From contig CM060732.1 in NCBI GenBank assembly GCA_030704615.1, forward strand, positions 27,094,001 to 27,158,000: DNA of 64,000 nt. The letters run 5' to 3'. The stretch's first letter is position 1. Each line of letters starts with the position of its first letter. The notes under the pieces were generated by a model. The model did not search any database. It saw nothing but the letters and a program-made list of their open reading frames with translations, and was not told the origin of the DNA. The translations under genes were made by a program, and so were the position numbers. Shown in pieces: positions 1-12,100 of this stretch. This DNA is from Takakia lepidozioides. Lineage: Eukaryota; Plantae; Bryophyta.

Positions 1-59
1 GAGGAGGATGACGACTGGGAATTGGATTTTGTGGAACGTCTGTCCTCTCCACCAGTCGA

Positions 60-1790
60 AACCCTGCACTTCCTAGAGCGTCTGCCTCCTCCAGGGTAAG
101 ATCTATACCAGTTGCCACAGGCCAGACTGCCGGTGGTTCAGGCATGCCTTGTACACCATACTTGGGCTTGCCGAACACACACGACATGACGTCGTGCCTG
201 CAGAATCAAAACTCCTTTAGTGTGGCCTCCACAAACTTTGCGCACACAAATCTCCCTGTGAAGCAAGGGGCAGGCACACCGCCCTGCGGGCTCCTCCGAA
301 TCATCTCATTGCATCTCTGGTTGGTGTCGACACGAACAGCACAACATTTGCCAGGAAATGTCGGACGGGTCCGTGCAATTCTCCACTGCGAGGCCGACAA
401 ATCTTGCTCCACGATTGGAATGTTGTATTGGGTAACAAAAATAGGAGCAACATGCTCATCCTCGGCATGTTGTCCCGAGTCTGGCAGCGATTCCATGGAT
501 GCTGCAGCAGAGGGGGTACGAGTCCTACTTCGTGGAGGCGTGGGACGCAACATCGTTGCGCCCCGAGGTTGAGTGCGGATGTTCATATCTGATCTCCATG
601 AATCCCCGTCCCCTCCGGGCATGTCCTCAATTCTTCTCTTCACCGGCCGGCTGCGGACATCGCCCTCCAGGCAGTTCCCCCGACTGTATAACGGCGTTGA
701 CCTTATTGTTTCCCGCAATGCAGCAGTCCATTTTTTGGGATCGGTCGAACGATGCGCCGCCCTCATCAGCATCTCCTGCATGTCTGGTCCGATACCCCAT
801 TGCTTTCCTTCCAGAAACTGGTAGTAACGAGATTGTTGCATGATAGCCCTCACAATATCTTCTGTTGTTGCTGTCAACATGTCAACGAGATGTGTCACAG
901 AGGAAGCACGCCAAGAAGAGTGCACCGATTCGGCCATGTTTGTCGTCGGCATATCCGTGTCATCCTCCAAACTCATGTCCTGTTGAAGGAAATTAGAAAT
1001 GTCACTGATTGTGGAGAATGTCCAAGCACAAAACAGAACAATTGTCAAGTACAAAAATGTGTTATCTATCTCATGTAGTCTCCAAACTGGTGGAATCTAT
1101 AGTGCCACCACGCAAGCCACGTTTGCAGTTCTGGCTGATCTTTCACATCCACTGCCCCTGAAGACACCCACCAGGCGCGTATGGTTGCAAACTCGGTCTC
1201 CGCCTCATCGATGGAATTCGCATTTTTTCACGCTAGGCACATACTGATATGATCCTGCTGGTGGCGTGACGCCACAAACCTTTTCGTGTTTTGCGTCAAA
1301 CTCTGCATGAAGTGGAACCCGCAAGATCTCTCATTCCCTTCCATTGGAGTCTTTGGGTCATCCCTATATACCCTCCTAACTGCAGCCCAGTTCGCCTGGG
1401 CATTGTCAGCCATGAAGCCCCTAAAATCGGGAGGGGGCAACTTGGCTCTCGCCATTTGCTCATTAATTCCGCGCCACATATGCAACTCCGAATCTGTGTC
1501 TTCTCCCTTCATTTCGCAGATAGCAATGGTCATCAACTTTCTGCAATGTGGGTTGTATATATGTGCCCCCATTGTCACCCAATCGTGGTTGGTAATTCGC
1601 GGGATGTGGTCGAACATGACCCAGCAATTTGAGAGGTCTCCACTGGTCATCCGCTTCACCAAATCGACGCCGCTCCCCGGTCCGCACGTTGACATCTTAA
1701 ATATGAAGCACCTGTCGTCTCCGAGCCTTGACCAGGAAAGAAGCTGCCTTGGATGAAGTCGTAGCCGCATATGCGCTTCACTTTGGCCAA
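60..1790 (-). pseudogene. MULE transposase, catalytic and C-terminal part (frameshifts, stops, probable intron ~980-1070)
   Basis: WVMFDH...FMADNAQANWAAVRRVY...CGFHFMQSL (MULE D...D...CxxH) in ORF 1228-1770; TTNMAESVHSSW (catalytic E) in ORF 206-1054; Cys-rich C-terminus. Confidence 0.8.
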
Positions 1791-2834
1791 AAGAACTTAC
1801 AACCTAGCTCAATAATCCACAGGCCCTGCTGTCAAAGATCAAAAGGTAGGGTATGGTTTGTATGCAAGCCTCAGGAAACAGGCCAGACAGGCCGAGCTGC
1901 GCATCGACGACAGAACGACAAAGGCCAAAACGCAGGCTATAACATGCCAAACCAGGGGCAGTCGGGTTGAAATCAGGGCTGCAGGCAGCAGCCACCTCAC
2001 AGCGCAAAAACCCACAGGTCTCCTCAACCCATATCCCAAATCTGCATGCTCAAGAGACTTCAAAGTAGGTGAGGATCCTCACCTGGTCCCATCACAAAGC
2101 CCCCAAAAAATCAACAGATTAGTGAGGATTGTGGAACCCCAGGTGAATCACAGACCCTCACACTTGTCATCGATGTCAACTAAGAAACTCAAAAGCAAGA
2201 GAAGAAGATAAGAACATGAGAATCCCTAAACTCCAAAGGCACCTTAAGCGATTAGGGAAGAGGGTTATGCGCCATCACCACCCGCAGCAAGCCGCCTCCA
2301 CAAAGCACATAAGCAATGAAGCAAAGCAGACACAATCGCAAGGCACTAGAAAGGAGGGAGAGATACTTCCCAGCACAAGTGCCTTTGCTAAACTTAAAAA
2401 GCCAGAGGAGGGAAGATGCCACTGCATTCACAACGGTGTTTCCCGCTGCAAGAGAGACAAGGTGCCGCCTTTGCGCCTCGCCTCCCCAGGCGCTCGTCCA
2501 GCATGGGTACGACACCACAAACGGGGCAGCCACCAAAGCACGTCCGCCATAACACTCTCCCCGCGAGCTCAGAAGCACATCGCGTGCTTCTGACAACGGG
2601 AGAGACAACATAGGGTTTTTTTGTCCCCCGATTTTTCATCCGTGGATGAAAAACAGTAGAACGCATCCTTATACCCTGACGGATTTTATCCGCAGCAAGG
2701 TTAAAAATAGGTTTTGGGGTAGGGGTTAGGGTTTCCACCGTAATTAATCATAATTAGGGGTAGTAAAGATCAATTCCAGGCCATAATCACGTCATCCATA
2801 AACAGATCACTTATGTCAGGATGAAAAAATATGG
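1791..2834. mobile_element. ~1-kb insertion interrupting the transposase (probable non-autonomous element)
   Basis: Transposase coding sequence resumes on both sides; the right part (2610-2830) has TTTTCATCC-n-GGATGAAAA palindromes and TAGGGTT motifs also seen at 10780-11000 and 7290-7440; boundaries approximate. Confidence 0.5.
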
Positions 2835-4300
2835 AATATCATGGAATGTCTGATCCTCTTCCGATTCATTTCTTGCAGCCGACAATGTGGTTCCTGACAT
2901 TGGGGCTGCACACATGGGAGACAGCTTCCAGCAGGTCCTTCATGTCCCCCTCGCCCAGCTTCTCTCTTGTGCTTCCGTCCTCCGACATTATTCTACCAAT
3001 TGCAATCCTATGTGCCGATGCGAGCTGTATCTGCTTTGGTTTTGCACCCGGCCTCAACCTCACCTCCTCCTTGATAATATCCTGGGCTTGTTGAAAAGCG
3101 ACTCTGCAATTGCCTCTGGCGAGGGGGTGCTCATGCTTTCCGATGTGAATGCATGCTCTGGTGCACGCTGGGCCGACGGTCCTGACGTAGTACTGCTTGG
3201 CGTTGCACACTGCCATGCACGTAGGGGCTGCGTTGCAATGGCCACACTTGAACGTCCCTGCAGGAACTCTACCTTGAGGCCAAAATGAGGTCGACGAATT
3301 GCCAATCCAGTCAGTCTCATTCCTGGTGCCTTTGCTAGTATAATGGTAACATGTGCTCGAGAAACATTTAAGATGCCCAGCACACAATACATATCTCACT
3401 CGAACTCCATCACCCAGGTTGGACGATGAAGTTTTGGTGACACACCAAGGGTGGCCGTCATGTTTCCTGTTCATTCCTGCGAGCATGCCGCCTGGGCCTG
3501 CGCCTGCCGGCACTGGAGGGAATTCGTAGATAGCATTCCCATCCACAACATCAGGCAAAGTTTCAACATAATGGATTGGAGTTTTGTCGTAATCAAGCCT
3601 AAGAAGGTCACTGGAGCGGGAACCCGTTGTCTTCATCCTCCGCAATATGTCAATTACTGAGCGGACGGAAGTTGAATCGGACAGTGTATGCTGAACACTC
3701 CTAGTGACGGACGACTTCGAAACATACGATGGAAGGACCATACAGTCTTCATCGTCACTGGATAAGTCGTGGACGACTGTTTCCCTATTTTCCTGGATTT
3801 CCCTTTTCACATGTTTGGGTTTCTCTGCTTGTGAAGAGGTGCCCACATCCTTCACATCTTGCACGCCAGACCCTCTTGTGGAAGGAGGATCAACCAAGTT
3901 CCAGCGTGGGAACTCTTTAGGCACGATTTCACCAATGGCACTGTACCGGATGGATTCAGAAGCTGGGAGCCGCCACTCTTTGCCTTTTCCGAAATCTGCA
4001 TGCAGAATGACGGCACTTTCCAAAAAATTTCCATAAGCATCCTTCGTCTCATCTTCCAAAAACACTGGTCCAGGGCGGAGCCCGAACTTCACACACAAGT
4101 ACTGCTCAATGACAATCGCAAATCCTTGGTCGCAGGGTATTTTAGCTTATCAGAGAATCAGGATGGAAGTACACATTTATCCAAACACGGGAGTCCATGG
4201 TGAAGACGAGACCTCTCGGTACGCTCCGCAGCGAAGTCCTGCAATGAGAAGAGTGTGTCCTACCTAATAACACAAATGATTTTCTGGAGGATTCCGTATC
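2835..4300 (-). pseudogene. MULE transposase N-terminal part with a GCM/WRKY-GCM1-type zinc finger
   Basis: ORF 2866-4098: DGHPW...CAGHLKC...C...CGHC...C...HIGKHEHP, a GCM-like Cys/His pattern ending in HxGxHxHP; same strand as and upstream of the DDE part. Confidence 0.7.
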
Positions 4301-4389
4301 CAACAGGATGGGTGATCAGTGCACGTAAAGATGAAGGTGTATAACGTACGTTACAAAAACGGACGACAACAGCAAGTTCACATCGGATA

Positions 4390-6225
4390 TTTGGTGCCTG
4401 AATTGTAATGTACAACCACTTGGGCTACAATAAATCAGGCCTTCCCATGAATTTCGGCACCGAAATCTGGATGAACATCTCTGTCATGTAACAGCTTTGG
4501 AAGCCAGGGGATGAATTCCGGCAACAGAAATCGTAATTTGTTCACCTCATGAAACTGACCAAGCACCCAACGGATGGATTTCGGTGCCGAAATTCGGATG
4601 AACATCTTCTTCATTAAATTGTTTCTGCACATAAGGGTTGAATTTGGATGCCAAAATACGGATGAATGTGTTCCTGATTACAGTCGTGATTCACCACGTG
4701 TCCGGATATCGGTGCCGACATCCGAATGACAGTAATCCTGAATCGGCAGAATGGATGTATTTCGGCGCCGAAATTCATTCTTCATCTCCTTTTCCGACCC
4801 TAATTCTGCTGCCCTGCGGATGGATTTCGGTGGCGAAATTCATCTGAAGTCCTTTTTGTTTTTTTTTTCTTTGCGACAGATGAACTTCGGCGCCAATCTC
4901 ATCCAAGTACTCCCTTCTAATTTTCCTTTATCTTCGCGAGCAATGAATTTCGGCGCCGAAATTCATCCGAAGTCCTCCCGAATTTTATTTTTTTTCTTCG
5001 CGAGCAATGAATTTCGGCGCCGAAATTCATCCAAAGTCCTCCTGAATTTTATTTTTTTCTTCGCGAGGAATGAATTTCGGCGCCGAAATTCATCCGAAGT
5101 CCTCCCGAATTTTTTTTTTTCTTCGCGAGCAATGAATTTCGGCCCCAAATTCAACTGACTTCATCCCTCCAAATTCTTTTCAGGGTTTGAGAGCCGGATT
5201 TCGGCACCGAAATTTATCGAATGCCCTCCCTCGAATATTTATTTTTCTTTGAAATGGATGAATTTCGGCGCCGAAATTCGTCCAAACCCGACACTTACTT
5301 TTTGCTTCTAGATGATATCCGACGAAGATAACAGGAATATTCTGCATTTGATGGAGAAATCGGCATATTGAACCCCTTCTGTCAAAATTAATTGCATTTT
5401 AGCCGTTTTTTTCATTTGAAACCGACAGTATCCATTAAGTGGTCTTTTTCGCACGGGACGTTGCCGCACATAAAGTATAATTTCGGCGCCGAAATTATAG
5501 TTAATTGTCCAGAAATGGCAAGTCCAACAGGCATGGACAGCATCCGTCAGGGGCTGGTGAGGATGGTATTTTTGAGGGGAGGGCTTCTCAGAGTAACAGC
5601 GGTAGCGGCAGTGCAGGTTCGGAGGTAGGTGGAAGGCAGCCATCCTTGCATGAGACCGGGGATGCATCGGACAGTGATAGCGGATCCTCACCATAGCAAA
5701 GTCTCATTTGGATCCTTTTGTTGTACAGTTCTGAAACACTTAATGAAAATATTGACGATTTGAAAAATCATTGTGTTCAGACTACTTGTCTGATTCCCTA
5801 CATTTCTTCCACCAACCAAAATGTATAATAAAAGCAGAAGAGACGCAAACTTCAGTGAAGAACCCTACAAGTAATTTATGCACACCATTGAGCCGGGAAC
5901 TTGAAGCCATGAAAACCCTGCCGTTTCTAACATTCATATTGGGAAATTTGGCGCCGAAATAGCCCAGTGCGCGCCTTCGTTATATGGGCCTCAAAAATTC
6001 CACGGATGAATTACTGCACCAAAATATCGCGATGGAAGCCTTCAGCACAAGGCACTTCAGCACATTCCACTTGGGTATTTCGGCGCTGAAATAGCCCGTT
6101 TTGCGCCATTAAATACCGCACTATATCACATTTTAAGAGGTAATTTCGGTGCCGAAATACCCCGGTGGATGTCTTCAAAACACCATTTTAGCACACTGCT
6201 CTTGGGAATAACGACGCCGAAATAC
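4390..6225. repeat. Array of palindrome (GGAT)GAATTTCGG-NN-CCGAAATTC(ATCC), about 20 copies, core period ~63 bp (4450-5280)
   Basis: CGG positions 4455, 4519, 4582, ~4645, 4710, 4763, 4828, 4888, 4951, 5015, 5078, 5140, 5202, 5266; further copies near 5484, 5949, 6080, 6147, 6212. Confidence 0.9.
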
Positions 6226-6327
6226 CTCATTCCGCATCCTGGACCAGGAGAAACAGACCATATTACCGAGGTAAGAGGACATAACACCGTCAATAAAGGC
6301 AGGAAAATTCCAATTCTGCGGATGCCC

Positions 6328-6390
6328 GCTCATGAGCTCATAGGCTCATAGGCTCATGGGCTCATGCGCTCATGAAATAGTAAACCTCCA
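6328..6390 (-). repeat. Putative MULE terminal sequence (GGAGGTTTACTATTTCATGAGC plus ATGAGC repeats on the minus strand)
   Basis: Reverse complement closely matches 23327-23363 (GGGGGCTGCTATTTCATGAGCCATGAGCCATGAGC). Confidence 0.65.
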
Positions 6391-6422
6391 AATGGTCTCT
6401 CTTCACCATAATTCCCTCTTAA

Positions 6423-6725
6423 TTAATTCAACTGAAGTTTTTCTATCTTCAGGTCTTTTATCTGTTCTTTCATAAATTCTGGATATCCATCTATAGGACA
6501 ACACCACATTCTGATCCACTGTCGTCCCAGATGACAATGTTTATATAGAATTGACAACTCATTTTTCCAGGCTTTACTCACACTTTCTATTCGTACCAAC
6601 TCTGCTTTATTGCACAATAAGCTTTTAAATATCCGAATAGATATATCTCTCGGCAACCCAAGAATTAATTCACCCATAGAGTTAGTATCTTCTCCATTTG
6701 TGCACATCCTCACTATCTCACGCAA
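6423..6725 (-). pseudogene. Small F-box-motif ORF or fragment
   Basis: LGLPRDISIRIFKSL...ELVRIESVSKAWK fits the F-box consensus LPxDxxxxIxxxL...LxxxxxVxKxW. Confidence 0.45.
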
Positions 6726-6854
6726 TTATAATTCTCCACCCATTGCACATAGAATTGAATCCACATTCCATCATTCATTCTCCATACAAGGTAAATCAAT
6801 TGAACTTCCTTTTTTCTCCTTCTTCTCTTCTATTCATTCACATACACAACACAG

Positions 6855-7215
6855 TTGCAGTGTGGGCATTGTGGCAAGTTTGGGCATGGAGAGGCCCAGT
6901 GTTATGACTTGCATCCTGAGTTGCGGCCAGGCCAGTTCCAACGGAACAATGGTGGCCGGGGGCGAGGTGGAGCAGCTCAGAGAGAACGAGGTGGCCAGGC
7001 ACGAGGTGCAGGCCAAGGGCAAGCTCAGCATGGCCATGGACGAGGTGGTCAGGGTGTTGACCAAGGCATGGCCAACCGACTTCAACAGCTAGAGCAGCGG
7101 CTTGCTGCCATGGCCACAGCTCAGGTGGTACCAGCTCCAAGACCTGAGGGTCCACCTCCTGCTCCTGAGGGAGGAGATATGGGAAGCATGGGATTCATGT
7201 GCGGAGCAGCACTAC
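6855..7215 (+). pseudogene. Retrotransposon gag C-terminal fragment (CCHC zinc knuckle plus RGG-rich region)
   Basis: CGHCGKFGHGEAQC (CX2CX4HX4C) followed by GRGRGG repeats. Confidence 0.65.
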
Positions 7216-7619
7216 CTCTCATTACAACATATCAATTACCTCTAGGATGGTTCTTTTGGCTTTTTCATTCCTTCTTTATTGACTCTCATCCATACCGGAT
7301 GAATTACCATGGAATGAAAAAAATTACCTCTATGGAGGTTGCCAACAACATCCTGTTTTTCATCCATACCGGTTGAAAAACTACCAGGATAATAATTTTT
7401 TTCATTCCTCTTTTATTGACTATTTTTATCCATACCAGATGGTCTGGTGAGGAATGATAAAATTACCTAGATGGAGGTAAGACGCTGCAGCCTGATAAGG
7501 CACCGACCTACTCCTTTTCGGGCCTGTTTCTGATGTGTACTGGATCATAATGAGGTGTTCTTTGCATGTTTTAGCATGGAACTCTTGAAGGATGAGGATG
7601 GTAAGCTGCAATGGGATCC

Positions 7620-8345
7620 TACCTATAGTTTTGGCTTTGTCATGACATCAGGCCTATGACCTGCAATCTGGTTTTTTATATGCAAAAGAGGTTGGACCTC
7701 GGCTGTTCAAGCTGCTTGTATGTACAAGTCTTGAACCTGCAATTTGACAGGCTGAATTCACATTCCCTTGACACTTTGTATGATCACATGTCTCGGGGTG
7801 AATACAAATGATATGGAATTTATTTCATCTTGCCCAAGTTGGACTGCTTGGTAGCATATTGTGATTCTAACAAACTGCAGGCTGGTCCTTATGCCTTGGC
7901 TGATGCATGACCTGCCATAATTAATGGCTGAAAAGGTAAGTTGCTGCAACCCGTGGGTCATGTCCAAGACGTATGTGTGAAAACGTGTCTTGAAATGGTA
8001 ATAGGGCAGGCTGGACCATGGTACCTTGCCCTTTGCATAACCTCAGCACTTTTGTGCTCCTCCAATACTTGACCTGCTGGTAAGGTATGTGTACAGGCTG
8101 AACCAAGAGGCCTTGCAGCCTGCACACGTGCAACAATATCTTATCTTGTCCCACACAAGAACAAACCCCGCCCTCCCACCCTGTTTTGTCTTGGATGATT
8201 GGGTGGTGTCTTTTGGGATGATTTGACAAGACTGGAAGTGTGAGATAGTGCCCTATCTAGGGCTGTTTATGTCTTCAATTGACAATGACCCTTATGGGTC
8301 CTGTCCATGTCTTGACATGACGTGAATATCTTCCCCCTCTCTTTT
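7620..8345 (-). repeat. Arm of a foldback-like repeat (inverted relative to 9130-9720 and 11030-12100)
   Basis: Reverse complement of the CATGTCATGTCAAGACATGGACAAGACC...AAAACAGGGTGGGAGGGCGG block found at 9156-9312 and 11063-11222. Confidence 0.7.
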
Positions 8346-9069
8346 TAACTTTTTCTGCAGAGGGGTCAACTCTGAGGTTAAGAAAACCATGCTTTGTCGC
8401 ATTATTAGACCTGCCTTGGAGTACGGATCTGCAATATGGGTTGATAAATCTGACTTAGAGGCTGTAGTGTCCAAAGCCATGTCTGTTGCCATGAGATTGT
8501 CTGATGAAAATGAAGTTAGGCAGAAAACTTCCCTGAACTTGTTTCCAGTAAGTGACATGGGGGAGGACATCTTGGATGACCTCAAGGGTCTACCCACTCT
8601 CGGCACTAGACTAAAATTCAAACTCAGGGCAGGAAGCCTACCTTTGAACAGCAAACAGAAGCAGAGAGGAAAGGGAGAGTGCAATTGCCCGTTGTGTGGG
8701 CAATCTGAAGACAATACTCATCTTCTGATACACTGTCCGGGGTTCTCTCACCAAAGAGTCGCTCTCTTCAAATCTATCAAGGGAATTGTGCCTGTACCTC
8801 TTTTTACCAACTTTGAAAGTCTCAAGGCTGAGCCAAAAGCCCAAGCCCTCCTGAGGCCTAGTTATTGGGCAAATCACACACAACAAATTGATGCTTGTGT
8901 GAAGGGATTTCTAGAGGATATCTGGAAAACCCAGATTAATTCTATATATGAAGGTAAGTCTTACTACCCACATCAGCCCTTGACAGAGGCAAGTTCTGTC
9001 CTTTTTGTTTCCGCTCAAACTGGGCTTGGGGTCAATGGCCACAATGCTACGACAAACAACGTATTATGA
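8345..9069 (+). pseudogene. Non-LTR retrotransposon (LINE) ORF2 3' fragment, internally deleted
   Basis: RIIRPALEYGSAIW (RT thumb) and KLRAGSLPL...CPLC...THLLIHCP (C-terminal zinc-binding region). Confidence 0.8.
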
Positions 9070-9129
9070 GTACAATCTTTTTAATTTTTTTTGCACCCTC
9101 TCTCCCTTGTGGTTTGTTTATTTTTGCGA

Positions 9130-9720
9130 GCAGCAAAAGAGAGAGAGAAGATATACATGTCATGTCAAGACATGGACAAGACCACTAAGGCCATTGTCAT
9201 TGAAAGACAAAGCAACCCTTTACAGGGCATCATCTAACAACCCCTTTTACCAAGTCATTTGAACATCTTATAACTTTTCAGGGTATCTGAAAAAACAGGG
9301 TGGGAGGGCGGGATTCCTGGTCATTCATATCCTGAAAGCCCCATAAGTTGACATAAAGCATTCATTTTTTGTTGTTGACACGGGTCAAGCCTTACATAAT
9401 CTAGTTCTTGAGCCATTCATCTTCCTAAAACAACATCCTGTGTAGGCGTGAAACTGATCTGTCAGTGCCAAGACACATGCAAGATTCATAAAGTAGAAGC
9501 GGGGCTGAGTTTTTTCAGGCATATGTAAGCCTGGATAGTTATTCCAGGACTTCAAGATCAAAACTCTGCCATAGTATAAGGTAGGAAGCGCACAACATCT
9601 ACCAGCAAGCAGTTCTTGAAAACCAAAATACTGATGGGGCCAGGTCTGAAGGTGCTTCAGTGCCAAGTCATAAGCCAGATTTCTAACAAAACAAAACATA
9701 GGGCTGAGTACCCTCAAGTA
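9130..9720 (+). repeat. Foldback-like repeat arm, copy 2
   Basis: Shares the head block with 11030-11230; more diverged downstream. Confidence 0.6.
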
Positions 9721-11029
9721 GATATGGGCCTGGAGTGGTATTCCAGGGCCTCATAACAAGCTCTGTTAGTTAAAGAAATGAACTCAGAAACCATTGTCCC
9801 CTATCATGCAATGAAATAGTGGTGATATAAGAGCCTTGAAGAATGTTTGTTATCACAAGGTCTATCTTCTGATCCATCAGAGCCAGGCCATGGTGTTTCA
9901 TTTCAGAGCTTGGTTTCCATGCTGCCAGAGCTATAGCCGCAGCCATGTACCTTTGTTGAAAACAGCCAGAGCCTTCAACAAAGATTTTGTTTTCTATGAA
10001 GTCCCTTGTGTGTCTTAACTCCAAAACATATAGAAGTGGTTATCAAGAACCAAAAACAGGGATAAGGAGTAAGAAGGTGATCCTCATTAGAGCAGACTTG
10101 AAGCCGATTTGAGGCAGCAAGATGGCAGATTTGAAACAACAGTTGGTATCAGCAGCTTCAGGCGGTAGCAGCAATCCCTTATGCATGAATCAGACTCTGC
10201 AAGCTTCAATAATTCAAGACAAGTGAAGACCCTCACCTGTGCCCGTCCCAAAAACCACCACATAGAGATGTGTGTTAGTGAGGATGCATCAGGTGAGTGG
10301 CAGGTTTTCACAGTTGCTATCCATGTCAGTGTTGAATTCTAAAGCATGTACAAATCGTAATCCAAGCAAGGGTACACTAAAAAAAAAACCTTGAGTGTTT
10401 GTGGTATGCCCTGCGCCATGGCGTCCAGTAGATGTCTCCAGCAGAACGCAATCAAAGTAGAAGTGTTCACAGATAGAGAGTAGCTCATACAGAAAGAGAG
10501 CAACATGTAATCTGTGGCTAAGTAGGGGTGGAGTACTTCCCAACGAGGAGTAAGAGCGCCGCTGCGAATTTAACAGAATCATAAATTTCTGAGCAGAGCG
10601 ATCACTGCATTGTCGACTGCCAGAGAGGAATCTGTCTATCTGCCAATGTGCATCCCAAAAGCCAGCCATCACGAGTACCATGTAGCCGCAAGGGAGCAGG
10701 TTTACACGGCGCATCATCAATGATCATAGAAGCACGAGTTCTGTGCTGTGAAATATGTCGGCCCGTTTAGGGCACAACTTCCCGATTTATCATCCAGGGT
10801 GGATGAAAAATCGCATTTTAAAGAGATGCACTTTGTTAATGGATGATATCCCATAAAAAGGTATCTTAGGGTTACGGTATAGGCTTAGGTTTAGTAACTG
10901 CCATCATTTATGATGGTACAAATTACTACCTCTTGGATTTTTAGAATAGGTCACCATTATTCATGTATTTCATCCAGTTTAGATGAAAGAAGCAAATAGT
11001 AAATATCAGGGCCAAATGAAATCCAAAAA

Positions 11030-12100
11030 GTTATAGAGGGAGAGGGAGAGAGGGAAGATACTCATGTCATGTCAAGACATGGACAAGACCCACTAGGGTC
11101 ATTGTCAATTAAAGACATAAACAGCCCATAAACAGGGCACCATCTAACACTTCCATTCTTGTCATGACTTCCCAATTGATTTCACCCAATCATTCATGAT
11201 AAAACAGGGTGGGAGGGCGGGGTATTTTTATGTACAGGTCATGACAACAAGACAAGCATATAAGCAAGCATCTTGTGTACTGAAAAATTAGATTGTTGCA
11301 GCATGTTCAAATTCCTGTAAGTAACCCAAGACATGCACCATGCAAGGCTCCTTGGGTAGGTAAGAACAGCCTGCCCTACTACAGATTCAAGGTATGTTCA
11401 TACAAGCACCTTGAAGGACCAGCCTGCAATTTAGCAGATTTCAAACATGCAACCAAGTAATCTTCTTGGGCATGACAAAACATATTGCAGCTTCACTCTT
11501 TGCCATTTGTAAGTACCCCAAGACATGCATCATGCAAGGCTCCTTGGGTAGGTAAGAACAGCCTGTCCTACTACAGATCCAGGATATGTTCATATAAGTA
11601 CCTTGAAGGACCAGCTTGCAATTAATTACATTTCAGGCATGCAACCAAGTAAACTTCTTGGTCATGACAAAACATATTGCAGCTTCACACTTGGCCATTT
11701 GTAAGTACCCCAAGACATGCATCATGCAAGGCCTCTTGGGTAAGTAAGAACAGCCTGCCATTGTACAGATTCAAGACATGTGTACACAAGCGTCTTGATG
11801 GACCGGCTTGCAGTTTATCAGACTCCAAACATGCAACCAAGTGACCCACTTTGGGCATGACAAGATAGACTGCAACTTCATTCTACACCATGTACAGTTG
11901 CCCCAGATATGCATCATGTAAGGCATTTTGGCATGGAAGAAAGGCCTGCCATTTTACAGCATCAAGATATGGACACACATACATTTTGAGTGCCCGAGGC
12001 CAAGCCCACTTGGCCAAAATAGATCAGACATTGCAGGTCGTGGATCAGTAGTAACTGGTACGCCACTTATTTACAGTACATGCCTCAAGTCATGTCGTGC
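11030..12100 (+). repeat. Foldback-like repeat arm, copy 3, with about four tandem ~190-bp units
   Basis: Recurrent CCCAAGACATGCATCATGCAAGGC...GAACAGCCTG...CATGCAACCAAGT units near 11325, 11516, 11708, 11900. Confidence 0.75.

Larger units (their letters stand above)
1..6390 (-). mobile_element. Mutator-like (MULE) DNA transposon; one end at ~6390, the other end outside the window
   Basis: Degenerate DDE transposase on the minus strand, a subterminal palindrome array (4390-6225) and a terminal motif (GCTCATnn)n-GAAATAGTAAACCTCC at 6328-6390. Confidence 0.75.

Noticed and set aside
2710-2735. Telomeric repeat or telomere-healing site (TAGGGGTTAGGGTTT; also 23428-23440)
   Set aside because: Only one or two units, consistent with telo-box-like motifs common in plant TEs and promoters
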